A stretch of DNA of 64,000 nt from Deltaproteobacteria bacterium (GTDB taxonomy: Bacteria; Myxococcota_A; UBA9160; SZUA-336), in contig JANNLG010000062.1 of assembly GCA_031396695.1 (NCBI GenBank), positions 17,746-81,745 on the forward strand, written 5' to 3'. Shown here piece by piece: positions 27,478-39,893 of the stretch (the stretch's first letter is position 1; every line of letters starts with the position of its first letter). Made by a program: the position numbers and the translations under genes. Under the pieces are notes generated by a model, which was given only the letters and a program-made list of their open reading frames with translations, had not been told where the DNA came from and did no database searches.

Positions 27478-28596
27478 GTGAGCGGGCCCTCGAAGTCACG
27501 CGCCTGGGCCGAGATCGACCACGGCGCGCTGGTGCGCAACTTGCGCGCGATCCGCGCGCGTTCGCACGGGCGGCGCGTGATCGCGGTGGTCAAGGCGGAC
27601 GCCTACGGACACGGGGCCGTGGGGGTCGCACTCGCGCTCAGTGGGGACGGCTGCGATGCCTTCGCGGTGATCTCGGTCGACGAGGCGCTCGAGCTGCGCG
27701 ACGCGGGCATCCGCGAGCCGATCCTCGTGCTCGGCGGCCTGCTCGAGCCCGACGAGGCGGACACGGCGCTCGCAAGAGACGTGACGCCCGTTGTGAGCCG
27801 GGTCGAGACGCTCGACTGGCTGGCGAAGGCCGCCTCGCGCGCGAATCGAGCTGCGGTCTTCCACCTGAAGCTCGACACCGGAATGGGACGTCTCGGTCTC
27901 GCGGCCGAAGACCTGCCCGCTTTTCTGGACCGACTCCGAGCCGCGAGGGAGCTGCGCCTCGAGGGCGTGATGAGTCACCTCGCCGAGGCGGACGATCTGG
28001 ACGCGCCCGCGACCGAGCGCCAGCGCGCCGAGTTCGCCGCGCTAGTCGCGCGCGTGCGCGAAGCCGGCATCGCGCCCGACTGGATCCATCTCGACAACTC
28101 CGCGGGCATCGCGCGCGGCGCGACACCGGGCACGAACGCGGTACGGCCGGGGCTCTGGCTGTGGGGCGCGGAGCCGATCCTGGTCGGCGGACACGCGCTC
28201 GAGCCGGTGATGAGCCTGTTCGCGCGCGTGATCCACGCCAAGGTTGTTCGCGCGGGCACCGCGATCGGCTACGGCGGCGACTTCGTCGCCCGCGAGCCGT
28301 CCCGCATCCTGACGCTCGCGATCGGCTACGCGGACGGTCTGCCGCGCGCGGTTGGCGGCAAGATCGAGGTGGGCTGGCGCGGTCGGCGCGTTCCGCTGGT
28401 GGGACGCGTCTCGTGCGACCTGGCCACCGCAGCGGTGCCCGGCGACGAGCGCGTCGAGCCGGGCGACGCGGTGCTGATCTTCGGCCGGAGCGGCGCGCTG
28501 GCGATTCCCGTCGAAGAGACCGCGCGCGCCGCGGGCACGATCTCGTATGAGATCCTGGCGCGCATCGGGCCGCGCGTGCCGCGCATCGCGACTTGA
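27478..28596 (+). CDS. alr: Alanine racemase
   Basis: PLP-site motif VVKADAYGHG; full racemase length. The GTG start is inferred (the long upstream ORF is non-coding over thiG/thiS). Confidence 0.8.
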   Translation: MSGPSKSRAWAEIDHGALVRNLRAIRARSHGRRVIAVVKADAYGHGAVGVALALSGDGCDAFAVISVDEALELRDAGIREPILVLGGLLEPDEADTALARDVTPVVSRVETLDWLAKAASRANRAAVFHLKLDTGMGRLGLAAEDLPAFLDRLRAARELRLEGVMSHLAEADDLDAPATERQRAEFAALVARVREAGIAPDWIHLDNSAGIARGATPGTNAVRPGLWLWGAEPILVGGHALEPVMSLFARVIHAKVVRAGTAIGYGGDFVAREPSRILTLAIGYADGLPRAVGGKIEVGWRGRRVPLVGRVSCDLATAAVPGDERVEPGDAVLIFGRSGALAIPVEETARAAGTISYEILARIGPRVPRIAT

Positions 28597-28643
28597 TTGT
28601 CGCGCCCGCCGCGCGTACATCCGGACCGAAAGGGGAGGGAAGC

Positions 28644-29927
28644 ATGCGCGTGCTGGTGCTCGGTTCCGGCGGCCGCGAGCACGCACTGGTTTGGGCGATC
28701 GCGCGCAGCCCGCTCGTCGACGAAGTGCTGTGCGCGCCGGGCAGCGACGGCATCGCGGCGGACGCGCGCGTGCTCGCGATCGACCCGAGCGACGCGCGTG
28801 CGCTGATCGAGGCGGTCAAACGGGAAGGCGTTTCGCTGGTCGTGGTCGGACCCGAGACGCTGCTCGCTGCCGGCATCGCGGATCGGCTCGGCGAAGCGGG
28901 CATCGCGGTCTTCGGCCCGAGCGCCGAGGCCGCGCGGCTCGAGTCGAGCAAGCACTTCGCCAAGGCTTTCATGGCGCGGCACCACATTCCCACCGCGGCG
29001 TTCGCAGCCTTCACGTCGGCCGACGAGGCCGAGGCGTACGTGCGCGCCCTTGGCGGTCCGTGCGTGGTGAAGGCCGACGGTCTCGCGGCGGGGAAGGGCG
29101 TCGCCGTGTGCGACGGAGCCGAGGACGCGCTGCTCGCGATCGGCGAGATCATGCGCGAACGGCGCTTCGGCGACTCGGGCGCCGAGGTCGTGATCGAGGA
29201 GCGGCTGGAAGGCGTTGAGGCGAGCTACTACGCGTTGTGCGACGGCGAGCGCTTCGTTCCGCTCTCGCACGCGCAAGACCACAAGCGCGCGCTCGACGGT
29301 GACGCTGGCGAGAACACCGGCGGCATGGGCGCCTACTCGCCGGCCGGACCGATCGACGCAGGCGTCGAGCGCGCGATTCTCGAGACGATCGTGCGCCCGA
29401 CGCTCGACGGAATGCGCGCCGAGGGCCGGCCGTTCCGCGGTGCGCTCTTCGTCGGGCTGATGATCGACGCGGGCGTTCCGCGGGTGATCGAGTTCAACAC
29501 GCGCTTCGGCGATCCCGAGACGCAGGCGCTCCTGTTCCGGCTCGAGTCCGACATCGTGCCGCTGCTGGTCGGCGCGGCCGAAGGGCGCCTGCCCGCGGGC
29601 TGTCCGCCCGTGCGGCTCGGCGATCCGGCGGTCTGCGTGGTGCTGGCGAGCGAGGGTTACCCGCGCATGCACGCGAGCGGTCGCGAGATCACGGGCCTGG
29701 ACGCGCTCGCGAAACTGCCCGACGCAAAAGTGTTTCACTCCGGCACTCGGCGCCAGGGCCGACGCTGGCTCACGGAGGGCGGGCGCGTGCTCGGCGTGAC
29801 GGCGCGCGGCGCCACGCTCGAGGCCGCCCGCGCGCGCGCGTACGCGCTGGCCGGAAGCATCCACTTCCAGGGCGCCCACTACCGGCGCGACATCGGCGCG
29901 CGAGCGCTCGCCGCGAAGCGCGCGTGA
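28644..29927 (+). CDS. purD: Phosphoribosylamine–glycine ligase
   Basis: MRVLVLGSGGREHAL N-terminus and ATP-grasp domain; RBS AAAGGGGAGGG. Confidence 0.9.
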   Translation: MRVLVLGSGGREHALVWAIARSPLVDEVLCAPGSDGIAADARVLAIDPSDARALIEAVKREGVSLVVVGPETLLAAGIADRLGEAGIAVFGPSAEAARLESSKHFAKAFMARHHIPTAAFAAFTSADEAEAYVRALGGPCVVKADGLAAGKGVAVCDGAEDALLAIGEIMRERRFGDSGAEVVIEERLEGVEASYYALCDGERFVPLSHAQDHKRALDGDAGENTGGMGAYSPAGPIDAGVERAILETIVRPTLDGMRAEGRPFRGALFVGLMIDAGVPRVIEFNTRFGDPETQALLFRLESDIVPLLVGAAEGRLPAGCPPVRLGDPAVCVVLASEGYPRMHASGREITGLDALAKLPDAKVFHSGTRRQGRRWLTEGGRVLGVTARGATLEAARARAYALAGSIHFQGAHYRRDIGARALAAKRA

Positions 29928-30520
29928 TCGTCGGGCTCGACGAGGCGGTCACGCGGCTCGCGCGCGGCGATCTCGTCGCGTACCCGACCGAAACCGTTTA
30001 CGGACTCGGCGCGGACGCATTCTCGGCCGAAGCCCTGGCCGCGCTCGTCGCGCTCAAGGGACGCGACGCGGAGCGCGGCCTCTCGGTGCTCGTGCCCGAC
30101 GCCGCGGCGTTCGAGCGCATCGCCGCGCCACTTCCGCAGGTCGCCGCTCGGCTCGCCGCGCGCTTCTGGCCGGGACCGCTCACGCTGGTCGTGCCGGTCG
30201 CCGACCCGCGCTTCGCGGGCGTTCGCACACCGCTCGGTGTCGGGTTCCGCTGCTCGCCGCAGCCGACCGCCTTCGCGCTCGCGCGCGCTTCCGCGCGGCC
30301 GATCGTCTCCACCAGCTGCAACCGCAGCGGCGCGAAACCGTGCGCGACCGCCGTGGAAGTCGAGCGCGAGTTCGGCCGCGAGCTCGCGATCCTCGGCGGC
30401 GAGCCCGCCTCTGGCCTCACGCCCTCCACGGTGATCGCCGTCTCGCAGGACGGCGCCCTGACCCTGCTGCGCGAGGGCGCCATCCCGTTCGCGGAGCTGC
30501 GCGCGACCGAAGCCCGCTAG
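29924..30520 (+). CDS. tsaC: L-threonylcarbamoyladenylate synthase (TsaC/YrdC family)
   Basis: The YrdC signature PTETVYGLG is present, and the length (198 aa) fits. Start GTG. Confidence 0.8.
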   Translation: MIVGLDEAVTRLARGDLVAYPTETVYGLGADAFSAEALAALVALKGRDAERGLSVLVPDAAAFERIAAPLPQVAARLAARFWPGPLTLVVPVADPRFAGVRTPLGVGFRCSPQPTAFALARASARPIVSTSCNRSGAKPCATAVEVEREFGRELAILGGEPASGLTPSTVIAVSQDGALTLLREGAIPFAELRATEAR

Positions 30521-30882
30521 TCCACCGACCCGATCCGCAGCCGCATGTCCTTGGGTGCGGACTCGCCGAGCAGCTCGCGCAGGCGCGCAAAAATGGCGGG
30601 CTTCTCGAGCTGCAGCGCCTGCATCCAGGACGAATCGCGGACGCGCGCGTGGATCACGCCGTTGCGCACGCCGTCGGGGCGGCAATGCTCCTGGAAGGTC
30701 GGGCCGACGGCCTCGTCCCAGGCGCGAATCACCTGCACGGCCTGGGCGGTCGCGCCGAGGCCGACCTCGTCGAGCATGCGCGGTAGCAGGTCGGCGAGCG
30801 ACTCGGCTGGGCCGCTGCGGCGGGCCGCTCCGACCGGAGCCCGCCGTCGCGAATCGTGTCCTCCATTGCCGCCGCGTTGCAC
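30517..30882 (-). CDS. DUF721 (DciA-like) domain protein
   Basis: 121 aa. The …WDEAVGP…GVIHARVRDSSWMQALQLEKPAIFARL… pattern resembles DUF721. Confidence 0.5.
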   Translation of the reverse strand: MQRGGNGGHDSRRRAPVGAARRSGPAESLADLLPRMLDEVGLGATAQAVQVIRAWDEAVGPTFQEHCRPDGVRNGVIHARVRDSSWMQALQLEKPAIFARLRELLGESAPKDMRLRIGSVD

Positions 30883-30888
30883 GTCCGG

Positions 30889-31119
30889 ATGGTACCCGAC
30901 GTGCTAACGTCGGCGCCGGAAATGCCCAAGCGCGCACCGATCACGCTGAAATGCGACTTCTGCGGGGCCGAGGCCCTTCGGGTCCGCCGAGTCGCCCTCG
31001 ATGCGGGCTACGATCGCCTCGGCCAGCGCCACGTGGTGCGCTACGCCTGCGACAGCTGCTCGCGCGAGAAGGATGCCGCCCGCGGCGCCAAGGTTGACGC
31101 ACGCCAGAAGCCCTTATAG
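30889..31119 (+). CDS. Small zinc-ribbon protein (2×CxxC), hypothetical
   Basis: CDFCG…CDSCS motifs. An alternative start at 30856 would overlap the DUF721 gene. Confidence 0.4.
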   Translation: MVPDVLTSAPEMPKRAPITLKCDFCGAEALRVRRVALDAGYDRLGQRHVVRYACDSCSREKDAARGAKVDARQKPL

Positions 31120-31173
31120 CTTCGGCCCTTCGCTCGTCCGGGCCGAGCCCGACAGCCCCTTCGGAGTACGTCC

Positions 31174-31434
31174 ATGGTCACCGTCCGCTTGTATCGAACC
31201 GGCGCCAAGAACAACCCGTCGTATCGCGTCGTGGTGATGGACTCGCGCAAGAAGCGCCAGGGTCGCGTGCTCGAGCAGCTCGGCACCTACGATCCGCAGA
31301 GCGACGCGGGTCTCCAGATCCGCGAGGCGTCGCTCGCCAAGTGGGTCGAGAACGGCGCCACCCTTTCCGACAGCGTCGCGTCGTTGGTTCGCCGCCAGAA
31401 GAAGGCGGCGGCCGCGGCGCCGACCGCGAGCTAG
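31174..31434 (+). CDS. rpsP: 30S ribosomal protein S16
   Basis: MVTVRLYRTGAKNNPSYRVVV… is the canonical S16 N-terminus. Confidence 0.95.
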   Translation: MVTVRLYRTGAKNNPSYRVVVMDSRKKRQGRVLEQLGTYDPQSDAGLQIREASLAKWVENGATLSDSVASLVRRQKKAAAAAPTAS

Positions 31435-31445
31435 GCGGAGAGCCC

Positions 31446-31709
31446 ATGACAGAGCTGGTCAAGTTCATCGCGCGCACGCTGGCCGAGGAGCCCGAAGAGG
31501 TCGAGGTCCACGCGGCCGACGACCACGTGATCGAGCTCCGGCTCGCGCCGGACGACGTCGGTCGGATCATCGGCCGCCGCGGCAAGACCGCGAAGGCGAT
31601 CCGCACGCTGCTTTCCGTCAGTGCCGACGGCTGGGACCTCGACATCGCCGGTCACGGCGAGGACGACGAGGACGAAGAGGGCGAGCCCAACGGGGACGAT
31701 CAGGATTGA
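31446..31709 (+). CDS. KH-domain RNA-binding protein (YlqC/UPF0109-like) with acidic tail
   Basis: GRIIGRRGKTAKAIR KH GXXG loop. Conserved position between rpsP and rimM. Confidence 0.8.
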   Translation: MTELVKFIARTLAEEPEEVEVHAADDHVIELRLAPDDVGRIIGRRGKTAKAIRTLLSVSADGWDLDIAGHGEDDEDEEGEPNGDDQD

Positions 31710-31712
31710 ACC

Positions 31713-32303
31713 GTGGCAGCCAGCGGAAGAGCGCACGAGATTGCGGCGGCGCCCGGCGTCGCGGCCCGCGACTGGGTCGAGTTGGGCCGGGTGCTCCGGC
31801 CTCACGGCCTGGACGGCGACCTGCTCGTAGCGCTGCATAGCGACGATCCCAGCAACCTGCTCGACGCCCCGACCGTTGCCCTCCGAGCCGCTCCGGGAAC
31901 GATTCCGTTCCAGGTCGAGAGCTCGAGCCCCGCGGGCGGCGCACCCGGCGGACGGCATCGCGTGCGCCTGCAGCTCGCGGGCATCGACTCGCGCGAGCGC
32001 GCCGTGGTCTGGATGGACGCGGCCGTGCTCGTTCCGCCCGAGAACATCGCGGCCCTGCCCGAGGGCGAGTTCTACTGGCGCGACCTGATCGGGCTCGAGG
32101 CGCGCTCGGCCGACGGCGCGTCGCTCGGCCGGATCGACGAAATCGTCGCGACCGGCGGCGCGGACGTACTGGTGATCCGGCGCGCGGGACGGCGCGACTT
32201 GCTGATTCCGGTCGTATCGGAATGGATCCTCCGACTCGAGCGCGAGCGCGGCGAGCTGTGGCTCGACCCGCCGGCCGAGCTGGTCGCGGAGGCGAACCGA
32301 TGA
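31713..32303 (+). CDS. rimM: Ribosome maturation factor RimM
   Basis: RimM N-terminal β-barrel and PRC barrel domains. Operon context is rpsP-rimM-trmD-rplS. Confidence 0.85.
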   Translation: MAASGRAHEIAAAPGVAARDWVELGRVLRPHGLDGDLLVALHSDDPSNLLDAPTVALRAAPGTIPFQVESSSPAGGAPGGRHRVRLQLAGIDSRERAVVWMDAAVLVPPENIAALPEGEFYWRDLIGLEARSADGASLGRIDEIVATGGADVLVIRRAGRRDLLIPVVSEWILRLERERGELWLDPPAELVAEANR

Positions 32304-32998
32304 GCGCCGGGCCGCGCATCGACATCGTCACCATCTTCCCCGAGCTGGTGGAGCACTTTCTGACGGGCTCGCTGCTCGGCCAGGCGCGAAGCGACGGCGT
32401 ACTCGAGGTGGGCGTCTCCGACCTGCGCGCCTACTCGAGCGACCGCCACCACAGCGTCGACGACGCCCCGTTCGGCGGCGGCGATGGCATGGTGCTGAAG
32501 TGCGAGCCGGTGGTGGCCGCGGTCGAGGCGATCGCCCGGCCCGGCGCGCGCGTGCTCGCGCTCTGCCCGCGCGGCCGCCGCTTCGACCAGGCGTTGGCCC
32601 GGGAGCTCGCGGCCGAACGCCAGATCGTGCTGCTGTGCGGCCGCTACGCCGGCTTCGACGAGCGAATCTTCGCGCTCACGGGTGCGGAGACGATCTCGAT
32701 CGGGGACTATGTCCTGGCAGGGGGGGAGCTCGCGGCGTTGGTCGTCACGGAGGCGGTCACCCGGCTCGTGCCGGGCGTGCTCGGAAACCCGATCTCGCCC
32801 GAGGCCGACTCCTTCTCGGAGGGTCTGCTCGAACATCCGCTATACACGCGCCCGCGCGAATACCGCGGGCACGAAGCACCCGAGGTTCTGCTCTCGGGCA
32901 ATCATGCAGAGATCGAGCGCTGGCGTGCGCAGGAGGCCGAGCGCCTGACGCGCGCGCGGCGGCCCGATCTCCTCGAATCCAAGGGAGCGAAGCGATGA
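32300..32998 (+). CDS. trmD: tRNA (guanine37-N1)-methyltransferase
   Basis: [15 protein letters not shown]… SPOUT knot motifs ([14 protein letters not shown]). Confidence 0.9.
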   Translation: MSAGPRIDIVTIFPELVEHFLTGSLLGQARSDGVLEVGVSDLRAYSSDRHHSVDDAPFGGGDGMVLKCEPVVAAVEAIARPGARVLALCPRGRRFDQALARELAAERQIVLLCGRYAGFDERIFALTGAETISIGDYVLAGGELAALVVTEAVTRLVPGVLGNPISPEADSFSEGLLEHPLYTRPREYRGHEAPEVLLSGNHAEIERWRAQEAERLTRARRPDLLESKGAKR

Positions 32999-33399
32999 GA
33001 CAGATCTCCGAGATCGGGCCGACCGAGGCGAAGGAACACCCCGAGTTCCGCGCTGGCGACACCGTGCGCGTGCACGTGCGGATCAAGGAAGGCGACAAAG
33101 AGCGCATCCAGGTCTTCGAGGGCGTGGTGCTGCAGCGCCGGCGCGGCGGGGCATCGGCGAGCTTCACGGTTCGCAAGGTCTCCTACGGCGTGGGCGTCGA
33201 GCGCATCTTCCCGCTGCAGTCGCCGACGATCGCGAAGATCGAAGTGAAGGCGCGCGGGCGCGTGCGCCGTTCGCGCCTCACCTACCTGCGCGAGCTGTCC
33301 GGCAAGGCGGCGCGCATCCGCGAGCGCGACACGTTCGTCACCGCCAGCGCAGACGCCGCGGCGCCGGCCGCCAAGGAAAGGACGACTCCGGACGCATGA
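32995..33399 (+). CDS. rplS: 50S ribosomal protein L19
   Basis: …[16 protein letters not shown]…[10 protein letters not shown]… is the canonical L19. Confidence 0.95.
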   Translation: MRQISEIGPTEAKEHPEFRAGDTVRVHVRIKEGDKERIQVFEGVVLQRRRGGASASFTVRKVSYGVGVERIFPLQSPTIAKIEVKARGRVRRSRLTYLRELSGKAARIRERDTFVTASADAAAPAAKERTTPDA

Positions 33400-35318
33400 G
33401 GATCCACGGGATCCAGCTCCGCGGGCTGACCGCGCCGACCGGCGACCACCAGCTCGGTCTCGATCCCGGCTACACCGTCCTGCGTAGTGCCGATCCCGCC
33501 TCGGCGCGAAATCTGCTCGCGCTCGTGCGCGCGCTCTTCCACCCCGAAAGCGCGCGCGTCGTCGCAGCCGACACGCGCGGCCGCGCGCTGATGACGCTCG
33601 CGCTGCGTGCCGACGGCTGTCTGGTCGCAGCGGACTTCGCGCGCGGCCGGGTCTCGCTCGGCCGGCTCGAGGTGAAGGGCGGCGGGCACAAGTCGCTCTC
33701 CAGCGACGCGCACGAGATCGAGGAGTACCTGCTGGCCGTCGGACTGCCGGCCGCGGACGAGTTCGAGCGTCTGCACGTGTTCGGCGCCCGGCCCGCGGGT
33801 GGCGTCCGCTCGAGCTCGGCTCCGATCGCGCCGGTGATTCCCCCGCTGCCGCGCACTGCGGCCGTCGCGCGCAGCGCCCCGGACGAGGCGGCGCAAGCGC
33901 AGGCGCAGCGCGCGCAGAGGGTGGCGGAGTACGAGGCTCGTACGCGCGCCCTCGGAGCGGAGCGAGAGCGACTGACGGCCGAGCTCGACGCGGCGCTCGC
34001 GGCCGCCGCCGGCCAGCGCGACCGAGATGCGCTGCGCATCGCCGAGCTGCGCGCGCTCGAAGATGAGTTCGCGAAGCTCGAGCAGGAGCACAAAGCCACG
34101 CAGGCCGAGCTCGAGAAGAACACCGCGCTCGCCGAGTCGGTCGAGGACTTCGACACCCGCCTCGCGCAGTTTCGCACGCTGGCTGCGGAGCACGACGAGG
34201 AGCGCGCCGTGGTCGAGGACAAGCGCCTCGACCTGCTCGCGGACCGCGCGCGCCTGCGCAGCGCGCCGCGCCGGCAGCGCGTGCCCATCCTGCTCGGGCT
34301 CGCGCTCGGCGCGGCCGGCGCCGCGGCGGGCGCGGTCGGCTACCGCGCGGGATACGGACTCGCGGTCGTCGGAATCGTGGCGCTGCTGGCGGCGCTGGTG
34401 GCCACGCACATCGCGCGCGCGAAGCTGACCCGCATCGAGACGCTGCTCGCGGTGCTGCGCGTTCGGGAGCGCACGTCCGAGCGGCGCTTCGCGTCCGAGG
34501 GCGCGCAGGTTCGCGGCTTGATGCTCGCGCTCGGCGTCGACTCGCTCGATGGACTGAAGACCGCCGCGCAGGGCTTCATCGAACTGGTCGAGCGGGTGGC
34601 CACGCAGAAGCGACGCCTGGCCGAGCTCGCCGAGCGTCATCCCGCGACGGCGCGCGACGAGCTGGCGCGGCTCGCGCGCGCGCGCACCGGCGTCGATGGG
34701 AACCCGGCCGTGCGCGCGGCGCGCGAAGCGCTGCTCGCCTGTCCGACCGCGGTCGTGCTGCCTGCGCTCCCGCCCGTCCCTGTGCTGGCGACACCCGCCG
34801 TCGAATTCATGCCCACCGAGGCGGACACCGCGGTCGACTTCGTCGAGAAGCCCGATGAGGAGCCCGAGCCCGTCTCGTCCGAGCTCGGCCCGGAGGTGTT
34901 GGTCGAGGCCACGGCGCGCGTGCTCGGCCGCAGCGAGGCCGAGGTCCGCGCGCGTCTGACCCCGGTCCTGCCCGTGTACCTGCGCGCGCTCTCGACGGGC
35001 ACATTCACCAACGCGCGCTCCGCCGACGGTGGGTGGCTCTTGCGCGGCGCGGCGCGCGAGGAGCAGCCGTTCGCCGAGCTGCCCGACCGCGAGCGCGAGC
35101 TGGTTCGACTGGCGGTGCAGCTCGCGCTGCTCGAAGCGCTGGCCGCCGACCGGCGCGTGCCGCTGCTGATCGGTCCCGACCTGCCCGCGCGCGGCGAGGC
35201 CGAGCAGCGAGCGCTCGCGCGCGCGTTCAAGCGCCTCGCCTCGGTCGTGCAGGTGGTGCAGTTCGCGACCGCCTCCGCGCCTTGGGCGGAGCACGCCGGA
35301 AAGAGCTTCGAGCTCTAG
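33396..35318 (+). CDS. Hypothetical membrane-anchored coiled-coil protein with degenerate SMC/RecF-like ATPase head
   Basis: N-terminal SMC_N-like segment lacking a GKS/T Walker A. Long coiled-coil and two TM segments. C-terminal pseudo-signature LPDRERE and pseudo-Walker-B PLLIGPD. Confidence 0.6.
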   Translation: MRIHGIQLRGLTAPTGDHQLGLDPGYTVLRSADPASARNLLALVRALFHPESARVVAADTRGRALMTLALRADGCLVAADFARGRVSLGRLEVKGGGHKSLSSDAHEIEEYLLAVGLPAADEFERLHVFGARPAGGVRSSSAPIAPVIPPLPRTAAVARSAPDEAAQAQAQRAQRVAEYEARTRALGAERERLTAELDAALAAAAGQRDRDALRIAELRALEDEFAKLEQEHKATQAELEKNTALAESVEDFDTRLAQFRTLAAEHDEERAVVEDKRLDLLADRARLRSAPRRQRVPILLGLALGAAGAAAGAVGYRAGYGLAVVGIVALLAALVATHIARAKLTRIETLLAVLRVRERTSERRFASEGAQVRGLMLALGVDSLDGLKTAAQGFIELVERVATQKRRLAELAERHPATARDELARLARARTGVDGNPAVRAAREALLACPTAVVLPALPPVPVLATPAVEFMPTEADTAVDFVEKPDEEPEPVSSELGPEVLVEATARVLGRSEAEVRARLTPVLPVYLRALSTGTFTNARSADGGWLLRGAAREEQPFAELPDRERELVRLAVQLALLEALAADRRVPLLIGPDLPARGEAEQRALARAFKRLASVVQVVQFATASAPWAEHAGKSFEL

Positions 35319-35728
35319 TCGCGGTCCGCGGTGAACGCGTCGCGGATGTGTGTCAGGCGCGGCGGCGTCACGCCCGCGTCGATCGCCACCACGTCGAAGC
35401 GCACGCGCGCGAAGCGCGGCAGCCCGCCGCGCGCGAGCAGCTCGCCCGCCGCGCGCACGATGCGCCTCTGCTTGCGCGCGTCGACGGACTCCGCGGCCGT
35501 TCCGAAGGCCCGGCCCGCGCGCAGCCGAACCTCGACGATCACCAGCGCCGCGCCGTCGAGCGCGACCAGATCGAGCTCGGCGAAGCGAAGGTGTACGTTG
35601 CGCGCAACGATGCGGAACCCGAGCTGCTCGAGATGCCGCGCGGCGAGCGCCTCACCGGCGGCGCCGCGCGCGCGCGTGTGGCGGCCCGTTCTCGGACGAC
35701 GATCGGGCGTCGGAGGACGATCGGACAT
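35315..35728 (-). CDS. yraN: YraN-family (UPF0102) predicted endonuclease
   Basis: 137 aa. Conserved …ARHLEQ.GF.I.ARN…E.DLV…VEVR… pattern. Divergent from rsmI as in enterobacteria. Confidence 0.75.
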   Translation of the reverse strand: MSDRPPTPDRRPRTGRHTRARGAAGEALAARHLEQLGFRIVARNVHLRFAELDLVALDGAALVIVEVRLRAGRAFGTAAESVDARKQRRIVRAAGELLARGGLPRFARVRFDVVAIDAGVTPPRLTHIRDAFTADRD

Positions 35729-35758
35729 GGGCGTGCCTCGCTTTCGGGGTGAGGCCTC

Positions 35759-36604
35759 GTGACCGTACCGGACGCGCGCGCGACGGTCTACGTGGTGGCC
35801 ACGCCGATCGGGAATCTCGAGGACCTGTCGCCGCGCGCGCAGCGCGTGCTGCGCGAGGTGGCGGTGATCGCCTGCGAGGACACGCGCCACACGGCGCTGC
35901 TCTGCCAACGTTACGAGATCGCCACGCCGCGCGTCTCGCTGCACGCGCACAACGAGGCGCGCCGCGTGCCCGAGTTGCTCGAACGACTGGCGCGCGGCGA
36001 GTCGCTCGCACTCGTCTCCGACGCGGGCACACCGCTGGTCTCCGATCCGGGCGAGCGGCTGGTGCGCGCGGCGCTCGAAGCGGGCCACGCGGTCGTGCCC
36101 GTGCCGGGGCCGTCGGCCGTGCTCGCGGCGCTGGTCGCGAGCGGCTTCGCGACCAGCCCGTTCGCGTTCGTCGGCTTCCTGCCGCGCAAAGGCGGCGAGC
36201 GCGCGCGCACACTGGCGGCGCTCGCTGCGTTTCCGGGCACGCTCGTATTGTTCGAGGCACCGAACCGCGCGGCCGCCACGCTGCGCGATCTGCACGACGC
36301 CCTCGGACCGCGGCGCGCGGCGCTCGCGCGCGAGCTGACCAAGCGCCACGAATCGGTGTTGCGCGGGCGGCTCGGCGAGCTCGCGCTCGAAGAGCTGCGC
36401 GGCGAGCTGACGATCGTGGTGGATGGCGCCGCGCAGCGCGGCCCGCAAGAGCCCGAAGCGTTCGACGTAGACGAGTTGGTGGACCGCCTCCTCTCCTCCG
36501 GCCTCTCCGCCCGCGACGCCGCCCGTACCCTCGCTGCAGAGCTCGGCCTCGCCAAGCGCGACGCCTACGCGCGCGTGCTCGCGCGCGTTCCGCGCGGCGG
36601 CTGA
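35759..36604 (+). CDS. rsmI: 16S rRNA (cytidine1402-2'-O)-methyltransferase
   Basis: Tetrapyrrole-methylase fold; LYVVATPIGNLEDLS and CEDTRHT motifs; GTG start. Confidence 0.9.
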   Translation: MTVPDARATVYVVATPIGNLEDLSPRAQRVLREVAVIACEDTRHTALLCQRYEIATPRVSLHAHNEARRVPELLERLARGESLALVSDAGTPLVSDPGERLVRAALEAGHAVVPVPGPSAVLAALVASGFATSPFAFVGFLPRKGGERARTLAALAAFPGTLVLFEAPNRAAATLRDLHDALGPRRAALARELTKRHESVLRGRLGELALEELRGELTIVVDGAAQRGPQEPEAFDVDELVDRLLSSGLSARDAARTLAAELGLAKRDAYARVLARVPRGG

Positions 36605-36611
36605 GCCGCGT

Positions 36612-38651
<2,040 letters not shown>

Positions 38652-38775
38652 TCATGGCAAAGCTGCGGCAACCCGCGCCAGCCGTGTCCGGTCCCGCCTG
38701 CAAGCCAGCCTGCGGAGAGTAGAAAAGGTTCACTCTTGGGTAAGCTGCTCGCCCAGAATGCCGAAGAGGAGCCAG

Positions 38776-39885
38776 ATGAAGCTCGACTCTCCGCTTTGCT
38801 CTTCGGACGAAACATCGGCCCTGCTGGAGGCCCTGGACCACGGACTCGTACGCGTGGCGGGGGGTCGCATTGCGGCCGCCAATTCCGCGCTCGGACGCAT
38901 GGCCGGCCTGCCCGCGGCCGAGCTCGCGGGCCGCAGGATCGAGGAGCTGCTGGTCGACCCGGGTGATCGCCCGCTCGCGGCGCTCGAGTCGGGTGACGGC
39001 TATCAGCTCCGAGACTTGCAAGGTCGCTTGCGACCGGTCTCGCTGCGGCGCGTCTCGGACGCGCTCTGGATCGTGCTCGACCGCGAGCGCGAGAGCCGGC
39101 TCGAGCGCGAGGTCTGGCGCCTGGCGAGCGATCTGGGCGACGAGCGCGAGCGCGCCCAGCAGGCGAGTGCGCGCGCCACACCCGGCGACGAGCCGTTGCG
39201 CGGCGAGCAGGTCGGCATGATCGAGCACGAGATCCGCACTGCGGTGACCGCCGTGCGCGGGTATCTGCGCTGGCTGAGCGCCGAGCGCGATCGTCTGCTC
39301 GATCCCGAGCACTGGAGCTTCGTGCGCGAAGCGCGCCGCGCGATCGAACGGGTCGCCCCGCTGCTCGACAACCTGCTCGAGCTCGCGCGCGCGGGTGAAG
39401 CCCTGCCGAGCGCCCGCAAGCCGCTGCGCCTGCACGACGTTATCGAGCTGGCGCTGCGCACCGCGCGGCCGCTGCTCGCCGACCGCGGCGTCAGCGTCGA
39501 GTGCGAGCTCTGCGCGCAGCCGGACGCGCTGTGCGGCGATCCGGACCGGCTCGAACAGGTGTTCGTGAATCTTCTCGCGAACGCCGCGTCGCATTCTCCC
39601 GTCGGCGGCCACGTGCTCGTCTCGACCGATCTCGCGGAGCTCGAGGACGGCACGGTTGTACAAATCGCCGTCGCCGATCAGGGCTCCGGCGTGGCGCTCG
39701 CCGACATCGAGCGGATCTTTCGGCCGTTCGTCCAAGGCCATGCTTCGATCGGCGTCGCATCCGGTGGCGTGGGCCTCGGGCTCGCGATCTGCCGGCGCAT
39801 CGTTTCCGCCCACGGCGGGCACATCGAAGCCGTGCCCGACGTCGGCCATGGACTGTTCCGCGTGACGCTTCCGAGCGAGAGGTAG
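38776..39885 (+). CDS. Cytoplasmic sensor histidine kinase (PAS-like + HisKA + HATPase_c)
   Basis: H-box MIEHEIRTAV; N/G1/G2 boxes (NLLANAASHS, DQGSGV, GVGLGLAI). No TM segments. Confidence 0.85.
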   Translation: MKLDSPLCSSDETSALLEALDHGLVRVAGGRIAAANSALGRMAGLPAAELAGRRIEELLVDPGDRPLAALESGDGYQLRDLQGRLRPVSLRRVSDALWIVLDRERESRLEREVWRLASDLGDERERAQQASARATPGDEPLRGEQVGMIEHEIRTAVTAVRGYLRWLSAERDRLLDPEHWSFVREARRAIERVAPLLDNLLELARAGEALPSARKPLRLHDVIELALRTARPLLADRGVSVECELCAQPDALCGDPDRLEQVFVNLLANAASHSPVGGHVLVSTDLAELEDGTVVQIAVADQGSGVALADIERIFRPFVQGHASIGVASGGVGLGLAICRRIVSAHGGHIEAVPDVGHGLFRVTLPSER

Positions 39886-39893
39886 ACGACCCG

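Noticed and set aside
27437-27478. TPP riboswitch upstream of thiS
   Set aside because: The intergenic space is ~40 bp and lacks the CUGAGA/ACCUGAUCUGGAUAAUGCC THI-box core.
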